From positions 1-64,000 of the forward strand of contig JAUCBJ010001945.1 of NCBI GenBank assembly GCA_032718475.1: a stretch of 64,000 bases of DNA, read 5' to 3'. The DNA is from Nemertoderma westbladi. Lineage: Eukaryota > Animalia > Xenacoelomorpha. A program made the translations under genes and the position numbers. The notes below the pieces were generated by a model. It was given only the letters and a program-made list of their open reading frames with translations, was not told the origin of the DNA and searched no databases. Shown piece by piece: positions 1 to 12,989 of this stretch (positions within the stretch are counted from its first letter, which is position 1; every line of letters begins with the position of its first letter).

Positions 1-1000
1 TCTGGATGTAAAGATGTAATCTTTGTTGACTTCTAGAAGGCCTTTGATTCAATCTCTCGCTCACGTATGTTCAGCATACTTTCATTATATGGGATTTCTG
101 ATGAAATTATTGCAGCAATCAGATCATTATACGATGGTTCGACAACATTTGTGTCTACTGTTGGCGGTGACAGTTATGTGGAGTCCTCCAGCGAGACATA
201 CACTTTATACCATTCTTATTCATAATTGTGGATGATTTATGTTCTACGCATTAACTGATCTAGAATTTGCTGGTGACTTAGGAGTACTCTCAGAATCACG
301 AGTCTTTGGAGTCCAACGGCTCCAAAGCTCAGTAGAACAGGCTGCTTCTAGTGTTGGACTTTTTGTTAACTCCACGAAGACCAAAATTTCGACAGTTAAC
401 TTTGAAGTTCTCGGCAGATCTCTGATCGGACGAGCATAAGCTCACAGAATTGTATGCTTGAGCATGTGGAAGACTTCTGTTACCTGGGATCATGGATCCG
501 GACGTCAAGTGAGGAATTTGAATAGTCCTTTGGATACGTTCCGTAAAAGTCGTGGGACGATGGAGCCCATTTTGGCACTTAGAAGGATAATTGAAGATCT
601 GTTACCTGGGATCATGGATCCGGAAGTCAGGTGAGGACCTTCGAATACGTAAGGGAAAGGCATGGGCAGCCTTGAATAGGCTTTCCATGATTTGGAAGTC
701 ACCGAGAATTAATCGGAAACTTAAGGTCCGATTATTTAGAGCAGCAGTAGTTCCAGTACTCCTCTATGGGAGTCCATGCTGGGCTCTAACTGCTGAGGAC
801 ACCAAATCTCTGGATGGCACATTCACAAGAATGTTCATTGTGTCAAGTACAATGTACACATATCCAACCAGACACTATATAACATTGGAGGTGTCTCATT
901 GGTTCCCCCAAGCTTGACACTAGAACAAAATCGCCTCCGCTTTGCAGGACATTGTTTTCGCCGTGAGGACCAGCATGTGTACAATCTTGTGCACATGCTG
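1..1000 (+). mobile_element. Degenerate RTE-clade LINE fragment (reverse transcriptase and C-terminal region), frameshifted
   Basis: Broken frames give LEFAGDL (ADD-motif remnant), CYLGSWI, KLKVRLFRAAVVPVLLYGSPCWALT..LDGTFTRM and RLRFAGHCFRR, typical of RTE ORF2. The segment tgttacctgggatcatggatccgga is duplicated at ~478 and ~600. Confidence 0.8.
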
Positions 1001-2094
1001 GTACGAGTGCCTAGATACCGCGTTCAATCCCTCTTTCCGGTTAATTTTTTTGGTGGTAAGATTGGTAGTAAGCCATTCAAGCGCTATTTTTTGAGAACGG
1101 AATTGGAACCAAACTTATTTATGGTGTATCGTACACTTGTTACACACCAAGAAGTGCAAAACGGAGAGAACATTGAATGAAATACAGTGAATAATGATAG
1201 ATGATGATATGTTTATTGTTCCACTGCAGCCAAATTACATTTCCCAATTGCTTTGTATAAACAATAAGCAAGACATTGCAAGACGTTGGTAGATACAAAA
1301 TCTACCCTACTGCATCGATAAGGAAAGCTCTCCACAGGGGTCTATTTCCGCAGATCAATATACATCGCGTTGTACTGTAGCATTCATCATTACCATGTTG
1401 AGCAATATATGGTCAAATACAATATATATATTCTCTATTATATCTTACCGCGTTTCACTCCACGTTTAGTGAAATACATAATCGTAATTATACAGTAATT
1501 AAAGTCTTCGAGTGTTACTCCAAAATTTAATGTTACAACCTTAAGGCCCGTTCATATCCAACGGAACGGTACACCGCACGGTGTACCACAGGGCCTGCGG
1601 TACACCGCTGACTATGTTCTCTACTGCTGCTCTACTTCTAGAGCAGCGGTTTTCAGTTTACGTACATTAGTACCGTTTAACACGCCGATGGATGGACTGT
1701 TATCGTAAAGTATTTTATTGCTATAATTATTTCCTTTCTAGTCCTTTTCTTGGGGAAAGTTTGGATTCAGGGTCATTTGGACTAATTGTGCAAGCAGAAT
1801 AAAAAGTTTCCCATATAAGTACAATATAGATACTGTATATATTTATATATAATTTTGTTTTGGTATTCAGAGTGTATGGTATTCAGATAGGGGGAGGGGG
1901 TACTGGATGCAATACAAATTCATCCCTCTCCAGGGGAAGTTTGACGCAAATAATAGCTGATTACTCTCAAAAATAAAACTGTAACATGATCTATTGTGTT
2001 TAGTTTATTGTTTTGGTTACAATAACGTGCCACTGTAACCTGCTTCCGCACAGTAATTATTAACATTTGCAGTGAAGTTCTACTCTACATTATA

Positions 2095-2446
2095 CAGTAC
2101 TGTAGTTGTAGTGTTAGGGTTATACTGAACATTATTATACATTACTGTAGTGTCGTAGTGTTAGGGTTATACTGAACATTATTATACATTACTGTAGTTG
2201 TAGTGTTAGGGTTATACTGAACATTATTATACATTACTGTAGTGTCGTAGTGTTAGGGTTATACTGAACATTATTATACATTACTGTAGTGTCGTAGTGT
2301 TAGGGTTATACTGAACATTATTATACATTACTGTAGTGTCGTAGTGTTAGGGTTATACTGAACATTATTATACATTACTGTAGTGTCGTAGTGTTAGGGT
2401 TATACTGAACATTATTATACATTACTGTAGTGTCGTAGTGTTAGGG
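2095..2446. repeat. 47-bp minisatellite, ~7.5 copies, directly upstream of aldolase 1
   Basis: Unit cattattatacattactgtagtgtcgtagtgttagggttatactgaa; ttaggg recurs at 2114 and 2161. Confidence 0.95.
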
Positions 2447-2544
2447 AGTTTTAGTGTTAATTAGGTAGGTCTACAATAGTTATAGTAAATATATTATATA
2501 TGTGAAATACATAAACCAGATTGATAAATAACACACATAGCATC

Positions 2545-3621
2545 ATGAGCACTTTAAGTGAAGAAACACGTTCTTTCTTGCATTCGACAGCTAAGGATAT
2601 CGCAAACCCGGGTAAAGGAATTCTTGCTGCCGATGAATCACCAGGGACAATGGGGAAGAGGCTGGACCCCATCGGGGCATCAAACGATGCACCAACTCGA
2701 AGATTCTACAGACAACTCCTCTTCAAGGCGCCTAATTTGGACAAGTTTATCTCTGGGGTCATCTTGCATGATGAAACTTTCTACCAGAGCACGGATGACG
2801 GGGTCTCTTTTGTAAAACTACTCAAAGATATGGGAATCAAGATAGGCATCAAAGTGGACAAGGGATTAGTGGACATCCCAGGGGCAGAGGGAGAACAGAC
2901 GACAAAAGGTCTGGACGATTTGCGCGCTGGTTGCAAGATCTATAAAGCTGGAGGAGCTGATTTTGCCAAGTGGCGATGCGTTCTTAAGATTTCCGATAGT
3001 TTTCCTAGTGATTTGGCTATCGATAGAGTTACTGACGCGCTGGCTGAGTATGCGAGGATCTGTCAAGAGGAAGGGATAGTCCCCATTGTGGAGCCGGAGA
3101 TCCTATCGGATGGTTCTCACGATTTGGAAAAATGCACCGAGATCACTAAGAAAGTCATCAAGTGTCAATACAAGAAGCTGAATGACCGAGGTGTCTACTT
3201 GGAAGGCACACTGCTGAAGCCCAACATGGTCACTGCTGGCTACGATTGTCCAAACAATTATTCGGTTAAAGAGGTTGCTAAGGCAACTGTAGAGGCTCTG
3301 AAGTATTCTGTACCGGCTGCTGTCCCCGGGATCACCTTTCTGTCGGGTGGACAGTCGGAAGTGAAGAGTTCGGCTCATTTGAACGCGATGAACCGTCTGG
3401 GTCACCTGCCATGGTGTCTCAGTTTCAGTTATGGTCGAGCTCTTCAGGCGAGCGCGTTGAAAGCGTGGGGTGGAAGACCGGAAAACGTTAAGGCCGCCCA
3501 GAATGAGCTGATTAAACGCGCGAAAATGAACTCGAACGCGACTCTCGGGAAATATCGCTCTAGAGACGAGACCAACAAGGATGCTGGTGTCTCCCAGTTT
3601 GTTGCAAACTATAGCTATTAA
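2545..3621 (+). CDS. ALDO: Fructose-bisphosphate aldolase, class I, paralog 1 (358 aa, intronless CDS)
   Basis: Motifs GKGILAADES, GIKVDKG, FAKWR, PIVEPE, LLKPNMV (Schiff-base Lys), FLSGGQS, SYGRALQ and C-terminal Tyr. ATG at 2545 is preferred over the TTG at 2521 because it aligns with paralog 2. Confidence 0.97.
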   Translation: MSTLSEETRSFLHSTAKDIANPGKGILAADESPGTMGKRLDPIGASNDAPTRRFYRQLLFKAPNLDKFISGVILHDETFYQSTDDGVSFVKLLKDMGIKIGIKVDKGLVDIPGAEGEQTTKGLDDLRAGCKIYKAGGADFAKWRCVLKISDSFPSDLAIDRVTDALAEYARICQEEGIVPIVEPEILSDGSHDLEKCTEITKKVIKCQYKKLNDRGVYLEGTLLKPNMVTAGYDCPNNYSVKEVAKATVEALKYSVPAAVPGITFLSGGQSEVKSSAHLNAMNRLGHLPWCLSFSYGRALQASALKAWGGRPENVKAAQNELIKRAKMNSNATLGKYRSRDETNKDAGVSQFVANYSY

Positions 3622-4478
3622 TACTCCATCTGTAACGTCTTTAATCTATTTACTATTTAAAGAAATATTAATTTGTTAATTTATTAATAAGACTATTTAT
3701 TTAAATTTATTCTATATAATATCTAATAAACTGTATAATATATAATAAAATTCTGATATCCCATTGCTCGTCCGTCACACCACAGAACACCACATTAGTT
3801 AGAAACTCTAAAAATGTATCCTGATTTACTTTTAACTCAAATAATTAACGAGATTATGTTCAACTTCGATGAAAACTATGCATTTCTGACGAGCCTTACT
3901 AATATAACAAATAAATAGAGCACTAATCAATCACAATAAATATCTTTTATATATAATAATAAACATTCAGAGTTATAAATTCAATTAGTAAATGAAACCC
4001 ATACAAATTAGACAGGACTACATTAAACAGTAGACCTACACTTTACAACGACGCAGTATGCTATCCATGGATGGATTAACCTATAATACTGTATCATAGT
4101 TTATGTTATTACTCAACGCGAAACTTAAAATATTATAGAGCAGGCTATTATTATTATGGTGATTGATTTCGGTGTGGGTTATTGTATGAAACTATACATT
4201 TAATAATACTTATTTATCGTTGATGTAAAATATTAAATATATTTTATTTTATTACCCAGATCTTAGCTCGCTCTCAATACGTTATCATAAATGAGGACCA
4301 AAGGATTAATATCATTTCAATAACATATATACGCTCGGTGGGCTTCCACTAGAGGCTTCCTTGAGTTTTGAAATGCAGCGTGGTTAAGTTACTGAAGACC
4401 GTCACTATTGGCACATTGGCTGCATCACTCGCACCATTAACATAATCTATGGGTAGGTATTCCAGTAATGGGAAAGAT

Positions 4479-6468
4479 AGTTGGTTGGGGTCTATCTCCT
4501 TAAGGTATAAGGTAAGGAGTTGGTTGGGGTCTATCTCCTTAAGGTATAAGGTAAGGAGTTGGTTGGGGTCTATCTCCTTAAGGTATAAGGTTAGGAGTTG
4601 GTTGGGGTCTATCTCCTTGAGGTATAAGGTAAAGAGTTGGTTGGGGTCTATCTCCTTAAGGTATAAGGTAAGGAGTTGGTTGGGGTCTATCTCCTTAAGG
4701 TATAAGGTAAGGAGTTGGTTGGAGTCTATCTCCTTGAGGTATAAGGTAAGGAGTTGGTTGGGGTCTATCTCGTTAAGGTATAAGGTAAGGAGTTGGTTGG
4801 GGTCTATCTCCTTGAGGTATAAGGTAAGGAGTTGGTTGGGGTCTATCTCCTTAAGGTATAAGGTAAGGAGTTGGTTGGGGTCTATCTCCTTGAGGTATAA
4901 GGTAAGGAGTTGGTTGGGGTCTATCTCCTTAAGGTATAAGGTAAGGAGTTGGTTGGGGTCTATCTCGTTAAGGTATAAGGTAAGGAGTTGGTTGGGGTCT
5001 ATCTCCTTGAGGTATAAGGTAAGGAGTTGGTTGGGGTCTATCTCCTTAAGGTATAAGGTAAGGAGTTGGTTGGGGTCTATCTCCTTAAGGTATAAGGTAA
5101 GGAGTTGGTTGGAGTCTATCTCCTTGAGGTATATAAGGTAAGGAGTTGGTTGAGGTCTATCTCCTTGAGGTATAAGGTAAGGAGTTGGTTGGGGTCTATC
5201 TCCTTAAGGTATAAGGTAAGGAGTTGGTTGGGGTCTATCTCCTTGAGGTATATAAGGTAAGGAGTTGGTTGGGGTCTATCTCCTTAAGGTATAAGGTTAG
5301 GAGTTGGTTGGGGTCTATCTCCTTAAGGTATAAGGTAAGGAGTTGGTTGGGGTCTATCTCCTTAAGGTATAAAGTAAGGAGTTGGTTGGGGTCTATCTCC
5401 TTAAGGTATAAGGTAAGGAGTTGGTTGGGGTCTATCTCGTTAAGGTATAAGGTAAGGAGTTGGTTGGGGTCTATCTCCTTAAGGTATAAGGTAAGGAGTT
5501 GGTTGGGGTCTATCTCCTTAAGGTATAAGGTAAGGAGTTGGTTGGAGTCTATCTCCTTAAGGTATAAGGTAAGGAGTTGGTTGGGGTCTATCTCCTTAAG
5601 GTATAAGGTAAGGAGTTGGTTGGGGTCTATCTCCTTAAGGTATAAGGTAAGGAGTTGGTTGGGGTCTATCTCGTTAAGGTATAAGGTAAGGAGTTGGTTG
5701 GGGTCTATCTCCTTAAGGTATAAGGTAAGGAGTTGGTTGGGGTCTATCTCCTTAAGGTATAAGGTGAGGAGTTGGTTGGGGTCTATCTCCTTAAGGTATA
5801 AGGTAAGGAGATGGTTGGGGTCTATCTCCTTAAGGTATAAGGTAAGGAGTTGGTTGGGGTCTATCTCCTTGAGGTATAAGGTAAGGAGTTGGTTGGGGTC
5901 TATCTCCTTGAGGTATAAGGTAAGGAGTTGGTTGGGGTCTATCTCCTTAAGGTATAAGGTAAGGTGTTGGTTGGGGTCTATCTCCTTAAGGTATAAGGTA
6001 AGGAGTTGGTTGGGGTCTATCTCCTTAAGTTATAAGGTAAGGAGTTGGTTGGGGTCTATCTCCTTAAGGTATAAGGTAAGGAGTTGGTTGGGGTCTATCT
6101 CGTTAAGGTATAAGGTAAGGAGTTGGTTGGGGTCTATCTCCTTAAGGTATAAGGTAAGGAGTTGGTTGGGGTCTATCTCCTTAAGGTATAAGGTAAGGAG
6201 TTGGTTGGGGTCTATCTCCTTAAGGTATAAGGTAAGGAGTTGGTTGGGGTCTATCTCCTTAAGGTATAAGGTAAGGAGATGGTTGGGGTCTATCTCCTTA
6301 AGGTATATAAGGTAAGGAGTTGGTTGGGGTCTATCTCCTTAAGGTATAAGGTAAGGAGTTGGTTGGGGTCTATCTCCTTAAGGTATAAGGTAAGGAGTTG
6401 GTTGGGGTCTATCTCCTTAAGGTATAAGGTAAGGAGTTGGTTGGGGTCTATCTCCTTAAGGTTATAAG
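4479..6468. repeat. 39-bp minisatellite, ~51 copies
   Basis: Unit agttggttggggtctatctccttaaggtataaggtaagg; it generates the spurious (RSWLGSISLRYKV)n ORFs. Confidence 0.98.
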
Positions 6469-6795
6469 ATAAGGACCAGGGTTACCGGGTGTATCGGTGC
6501 TGCATTAATCTACGCATATCGCAATTCAAACAATTTACAGAGCGGATTTAAACTTTTTAAATTTCCCTCTTTTAGAAACAGTGAGCTGGTGGTGGGTATA
6601 GGGTATATTATGAAAATTAGGTCGTTTTTTGTAGGTAAACCTATAAACTTATCAGTTCTTCTTTATAAATAAATAAACCATTGCCATGCCATATTCAGTA
6701 TCTGTGACCTATTACAATGGAAAAGTTCGAGTTTACATGGCAAAATAATACCTAGGGAGTTAGAACCCAACAAACTATCTCCCATTACTGGAATA

Positions 6796-7309
6796 CGGTT
6801 GGGTGCAACCTTAGCCCGCGTCCAACCTTCGCCCGCGTACAACCTTCGCCCGTGTACAACCTTCGCCCGCGTACAACCTTCGCCCGCGTCCAACCTTCGC
6901 CCGCGTACAACCTTCGCCCGCCTACAACCTTCGCCCGCGTCCAATCTTCGCCCGCGTACAACCTTCGCCCGCGTCCAATCTTCGCCCGCGGGCAACCTTC
7001 GCCCAATAAGATTTGTGTTAGCAACCATTTTAGTTACCAATTGAGGGAAAGGAGCAGGTTACAGAGACGATTTTTTCTAACCAAAACAATAAACGATGTT
7101 GTTACCAATTGACGGAAAGGGGCAGGTTACAGAGACGGTTTTTTCTAACCAAAACAATATTTGTTTAGTGGGCGAAGGTTGCTCACGGGCGAAGTTTGCC
7201 AGCGGGTGAAGGTTTCAGGCGGGCGATAGTTGCTCATTTTGAGGGCGAAGATTGCTCCGGGCGAAGATTGGACGCGGGCGAAGCTTTCTCGCGGGCGAAG
7301 TTTGCTGCG
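6796..7309. mobile_element. Palindromic MITE with 18-bp subterminal repeats and a TA target-site duplication
   Basis: (caaccttcgcccgcgtac)n on the left and inverted gcgggcgaag units on the right. Flanked by TA at 6794-95 and 7310-11; it splits the host TIR tggaata|cctacccat. Confidence 0.7.
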
Positions 7310-8854
7310 TACCTACCCATAAATTCTGCTAAATACCTCCCTTAAGACGGCCTGTCGGAAAATTAATAATTAACAGACTGTGTGTTGTGAAACACAGTCG
7401 TCCATTTCTGCAATGGGTTGAAAAGACAATTCGATTTAACAATTTACTACAAAAATTGACCTGGACCCCCCTGACTACTTGGAGCTAGTTATTCTTTTTA
7501 TCCCATGTAATACGCCCATGTGAAACAGATGCTATAACAGCTGAAAGTCTGCTATATTTCACATGGGGGCGACAATGTAATAAATTACGGTGGCTGATCT
7601 TTGCCAATTAATTAATTTTTTTTTCAGAAGTTCTCCATAAATTATGGTCAACTATAAATCTAATTTAGTTGCAGTCATAAAGAGTTGAACATTCAATTGC
7701 ATGTATTACCATCATTACCCTCAGTCAAGCAGTTGCCTATGATTTAATTAACAAGTTAAGAGTAATTCATTTTACAAGCAATAATGTTGGCCAATCATAT
7801 TCAAGCTTACTCCACTACTCCAGATAACCAATATCGTATTTATCATCATGGTGGAGATTACCTCTGACCTCCAATCATTTATTGGTGAATTGTGATTATT
7901 CAGTATTGACTGGACTGCCCAATACAGTGCTCTATGCCGCGGTAGCTAATGCCCATCTGTACGTCATTAGTTTTATACCATATTAGCCGGACGCCTACCG
8001 ATATTTCATAAGGTTGAGTTGAGTAGTTTGTGGAGTTGGAACCTTTGTGGAGGCGAACTGTTGCAAATTCGATAATGTTCATATTCTGACAAATAATTAT
8101 TTATACAAAATCCTTTTAGTTTTACTTAATGTTAATTTTGCTTGTCTCGTGTCACTCATACTCATACATCCTTAATACGTCAAGTGCATTCCAGACTCAA
8201 CAACTCAACTCCAGTAACTTCAAACTTAGAACGACATAGGCCTAAACTTACTCTATTTCGCGTTAACTCGCGTTTTTGTAAAGCTGTGCTAATTCTACCG
8301 TCCGCCTATTACCGGCCTTCGTTAGTTTTATCCAAATAAGTAGGCCTAGTCCTATATTTACCCCTCCTAGTTCGATACGGCGTATTACTGTATTAGGCCT
8401 ATTACCGGGGCCTGGCCTCGACAAGCTCTTTTCCCCCATTATTAGTACTTGTTTCCCAATCAAATATAGCTAAGCAGCTAAGTCAAGAGCTTAAAAGTAC
8501 ATTGTACTTTAACCTATACACACTGCAAACGGGAAGTGCAATTATTACACTGGACTGGACTATACAATACTTGTGTTCTTTCATATACTAAATCAATGAC
8601 ACTGAGTGACAGTTCTTAGTCTTGACTGTCATATTCTCTCATATTGATCAAGATATATAATCAAGAAGTTCAGACCTTTATTTTCTGCCTTTAATTAACT
8701 AGGTAGTTTTTTTGTAAACAGCTACACCACAGAGAACAGTGCACATAACACGCTGTATATTTCATTACAGCGTTTATGTTAGGTATTAATTCAGGATATT
8801 AATTTCCAGTAATTTTCTTCTAACATCATTCAAGTAAAAAACACAAAGGACACA

Positions 8855-9934
8855 ATGAGTCAGTTAAGCGACAGTAATCGTGCGTTTCTTGAGTCCACGG
8901 CTAAGGCGATCGTGACCCCTGGTAAAGGAATTCTGGCGGCGGACGAGTCGACAGGAACAATGGGGAAGCGACTTGCGCCCACCGGCGCGGAGAACAACGA
9001 AGAGAACCGACGATTCTACCGACAACTACTTTTCACGACGCCCAATATGGAGAAGTTTATATCTGGGGTGATTCTCTTCGATGAGACCTTCTACCAGAGC
9101 ACCGATGATGGAGTTCGATTCATTCAGCTGCTGAAAAACAAGGGAGTTAAAATCGGCATAAAGGTGGATAAGGGATTAATCGATATCCCAGGAACGGACG
9201 GAGAACAGACGACTAAAGGACTGGACGATCTGGCTGTCCGATGCGCCAAGTACAAAGCGGAGGGAGCCGACTTCGCAAAGTGGCGATGCATCCTAAAGAT
9301 ATCGGATAAGTTGCCTAGCGACACGGCTATCGAGTCTATAACGGACGTGCTGGCGGAGTACGCGTCGATCTGCCAGGCGGAAGGTCTCGTCCCGATCGTC
9401 GAACCCGAGATCATGACGGACGGGGATCACGACCTCGCCAAGTGCGCCGACGTGACGCGGCGAGTTCTCTGTAAGCAGTACGCGCAGCTCGCCGCTCGGG
9501 GGGTCCTTCTCGAGGGTTCGTTGCTAAAACCCAACATGGTAACCCCGGGGAACGCGTGCGCCGATAAGTTCAGCGCCGACGCTGTTGCCAAGGAGACGGT
9601 GGACGCGTTGCTCGCCTCGGTTCCGGCCGCCGTTCCCGGAATCTGTTTCCTTTCCGGCGGCCAATCGGAAACCGACAGTTCGGTTCATCTGAACGCGATG
9701 AATTCCTCCGGGGTTCAGTTGCCGTGGCGACTGAGTTTCAGTTACGGACGAGCGTTGCAGGCGAGCGCGTTGCGTGCGTGGGCGGGCGTCGCAGCGAACA
9801 AGCAGCTGGCGCAGGACGAGTTCGTGAAGCGGGCCAAGATGAACGGGGACGCGACCCGAGGTAAGTACGACTCCAAGGAGGAGACCAACCCCGCCGCCCA
9901 GGTCTCCCAATTCGTGGTGAACTACACCTACTGA
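8855..9934 (+). CDS. ALDO: Fructose-bisphosphate aldolase, class I, paralog 2 (359 aa, intronless CDS)
   Basis: Motifs GKGILAADESTGT, KVDKG, FAKWR, PIVEPE, LLKPNMV, FLSGGQS, FSYGRALQ and C-terminal Tyr; colinear with paralog 1. Confidence 0.97.
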   Translation: MSQLSDSNRAFLESTAKAIVTPGKGILAADESTGTMGKRLAPTGAENNEENRRFYRQLLFTTPNMEKFISGVILFDETFYQSTDDGVRFIQLLKNKGVKIGIKVDKGLIDIPGTDGEQTTKGLDDLAVRCAKYKAEGADFAKWRCILKISDKLPSDTAIESITDVLAEYASICQAEGLVPIVEPEIMTDGDHDLAKCADVTRRVLCKQYAQLAARGVLLEGSLLKPNMVTPGNACADKFSADAVAKETVDALLASVPAAVPGICFLSGGQSETDSSVHLNAMNSSGVQLPWRLSFSYGRALQASALRAWAGVAANKQLAQDEFVKRAKMNGDATRGKYDSKEETNPAAQVSQFVVNYTY

Positions 9935-11888
9935 GTAACTAACGGGTCAACTGAGTAACTTACTGCCACAGAATTGTTAGTTATACTCTAGTAATTAATC
10001 CGACGCAGTAATTGTGCTTTGTATGTGCAACAGGGACCAACTTTCCGAGCTGGGCAGTGTAATGGAACTCGTTTTTAGAGCTCTGCTGTTATGGCTGATC
10101 TTATGTGACCGAAATTATAAATATCTTCCTTCTTTTTTTAATGAGCTGCGAATCAGCATAAAATTAATAATACTGAATAAACACATAATTTTTCACTCTT
10201 CGCTACGATTAGAACAATCACGATAACTGTAGTGAAAATTTTACACGAAATTAAAATTTTCTATTTTTTATTTATTATATAAATGAGCCTTTGGCATCTA
10301 ATCAAACCACCGATATGTGTGAAGTAATTAAATGTATCTTATAAACATATCAGATACGGCGGTAAATACATATCACCATTTAATAATATTTATCGTGTAT
10401 TAAATAAAATTGTAAAATCGTTTCAAATAGGACGTCAATTTATTTAGGAATATATATGAATTTGTAGCTCTAGGATTTAATGATTTTGTTTTAACTAATT
10501 GGAGGTGTATAGCCTGAAATTAATGTCCAATGTAACAAACAGTACTTAATGTGCTAATGGTGGAGGTTTATCAACTTTGGTGGTGGGTGGGTTGGGTTAT
10601 GAGACTATGTAACACTCTTTGCTCTGTTTAATTATACTCCCTTATATTATGTTAACTTTATTTTAACTTGAACAGCTCTAATAGTCCCGAGTCAAAACAG
10701 TAAGAACTTTAGTCACCCAGAGTTTGAAATTGTAACTTGAGAACTTAACAAAAACATGCAGCGGTTATCAAATATATTTTCTTACATTAACTCGTTTTAA
10801 TTAACCACCAACTTCTTAGTCGGTAAAAGTTCCCATTCTCTAATCGGTTTAATGAATAACTCGTTAAGAAGCTGCTACTCACTGAAGTGAGTTAAGTCGC
10901 GCATCTACTTACTAAGTTGCAAGAGTGTAAATTTGTTTTGTATCTGTAGAACTTGGATTCGAATACATTACGTTGTTATGTTCAATACATCTAAGATTTC
11001 AACTTTATTTTAATTTTTAATTATATTGGGTCGCAGCTTGTCTGTCGAAATGACATTGCAGAGAGGGGGGGGGGGGGGGGGGGGGGGGGGATAATAGCTC
11101 AGGTATAGGTGTTATTCAGGACTTCTATAAATCGATTGGACAAGAAAATACTACAAAAATGCGAACAATATTATTTTCAGGGAGTTAACTTAAACATCCA
11201 TTATTTAATAATATAGCTCTTCTTTCCTCAAATATGTTTTCAGGAATGGCCAATGTTAATCCATTGTTTATCAATGCTATCGCAAGTGAAATCTACACAC
11301 AACAATTAAGATCAATCGTTTAATTGATTTTTTGTTTGTGACGTGAGGGGTTGGGTGTGGGGCCGCAGGCAACCAATAGTACGTCGGGAAGTAAGATAAA
11401 GTGGCGAAAAGGTATTCTGGAACCTTGCAATATTTACAAACAAACTCTAGGCGAGGACGACACTGGAGATTGGTGCCTGACAGCACATGGAACTTTGTAC
11501 TTGTGATATTGGATATTCGTACAGATCCAGGCGAAGTTAACCCCTATATTAGGAATCAAAATCTATCTGATACTATGATTACACCATGTCCTGGAATATA
11601 GTGTCATTATTTAGGTTCATGCCCCCCCGCCCCTCCCACCCCCCCCCCCAAAAAAAAAATTTTTTTACAAATCTTAATGAGATGGCATGAAATTTGAAAC
11701 AGAGATAGTTTCACCTCCCTTCTCCTTGCTGGGTGAGCCAGAATTTACATTTTCGTTTAATCATTAGCTATACTGTACAAGCGTTTGAAAAATGTGTCTC
11801 CGACGATATTTAACCGATTATTCTTCAACCGCATAGTGATTTGTTGGTACCAATAGAAAGCTGGTCATGCAAGGATTCCAAATATGCA

Positions 11889-12045
11889 ACTACTACTACT
11901 AGTAGGTCGAACGAACTCGGACAGTGGAAATGAGACCCTTCCAGGCTTCCCGATTCTCCATAGTTGTCGCAATTTCGTATAGCCGGTCGACCACGGGTAC
12001 GCTTTCCATGTGTTAGTTGCGAGAAAAATAGATCTGGTATGACCT
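11889..12045 (-). mobile_element. 3' tail remnant of an RTE LINE with a (TAG)n tail
   Basis: Its reverse complement matches 42899-42937 joined to 57734-57900 and ends in tagtagtagtag. Confidence 0.75.
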
Positions 12046-12989
12046 AAACAAAATGTTCTCGAATATGCTGTTTTTATTTAATAGAATAAAATTGCAGATG
12101 CAAAACCATGTAACATTTAAACGCTCATATCTCAGCTATTTTTCAACGAAATTTAGATTATTAGATGACCGTTAATGACTTCTTACTGTACAAGCATTAG
12201 GGTAGGGGTGTATATGTATGTATATCATGTGAACTCCTCCGAAGCTATAGCTCGTCCGTCAATGAAAGTTATATCAATCGACGCAGCTCAACCCCAGGAT
12301 GTGGAAAAATTTTTGAAAAGTTATTAGTGTCTTTTTCAAACCGACTTTTTATTTTTTTATTACATACAGTAGACTAGTGATTCCTATGGGTATATAAGGT
12401 TACTCATTGCTATGTTAGTTGGATGGCCAACTAATTGAATTTAAAGCACTCGGCCGTTCAAATGTTTTATAGGTTAATGACATTTAGGGGCTGGGAATAC
12501 TCTCTCTCAGACTGTAAGCAAAGCTGTTCGTTCAATGGGGAGGGACCAAACTACAGTACAGTACATTGCTTGGCAAACATTCAATATTTGATACTCTTAA
12601 TTGACTGGTTGTCCCTGGTTACAGTTTGTATCATAATTATCACGCGAATTCCTGAAGACCAGTTGTGGTAACCATTAGAAAAATAAGCGCAAATGACCAA
12701 ATGTTGTGCAAGAATTGAATTTGTTAATAATCGATATTTCGAGTTTTAAACATGGTAGAATGTAATTTTGTATACTTTATTCCTTAGAGTGATTTAAAAT
12801 TGTAACTTTAAATTTTAACATTTGTTAAACATTTTATGCCTAGAAAGTGGGTTAAACGGCCCATTAATGTGGTCTAAAAGTGCAAAAATCGTAAGTTTAT
12901 GTATTTCAGTTTTGACTCTTTTAATAACTTGTATTCAACTTCTGATCTTAATGCATTAAATCCGCGAGCCGGGGGGGGGGGGGGGGGGG

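Larger units (their letters stand above)
4448..7321. mobile_element. MITE-like element with terminal inverted repeats, containing a 39-bp satellite and a nested MITE
   Basis: Left end tatgggtaggtattccagtaatgggaaagatagttggttgggg is the reverse complement of cccaacaaactatctcccattactggaata (6766-6795) joined to cctacccata (7312-7321), once the 6796-7309 insert is removed. Confidence 0.7.

Noticed and set aside
2114-2446. TTAGGG as interstitial telomere
   Set aside because: Only a single hexamer per 47-bp unit, not a telomeric tract.
2521-2544. TTG start for aldolase 1 in the ORF track
   Set aside because: Eukaryotic gene; the ATG at 2545 aligns with the paralog start.
4449-6467. Repetitive ORFs (RSWLGSISLRYKV)n
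   Set aside because: They result from a 39-bp unit with one stop-free frame; 2-bp insertions break the frame; the array lies inside a MITE.
7900-8463. Short ORFs between the aldolase genes
   Set aside because: No recognisable motifs and no consistent splice signals.
11066-11090. Poly-G tract (also ~12971-12996 and poly-C ~32423-32448)
   Set aside because: Simple homopolymer expansions at repeat ends; lengths are unreliable.
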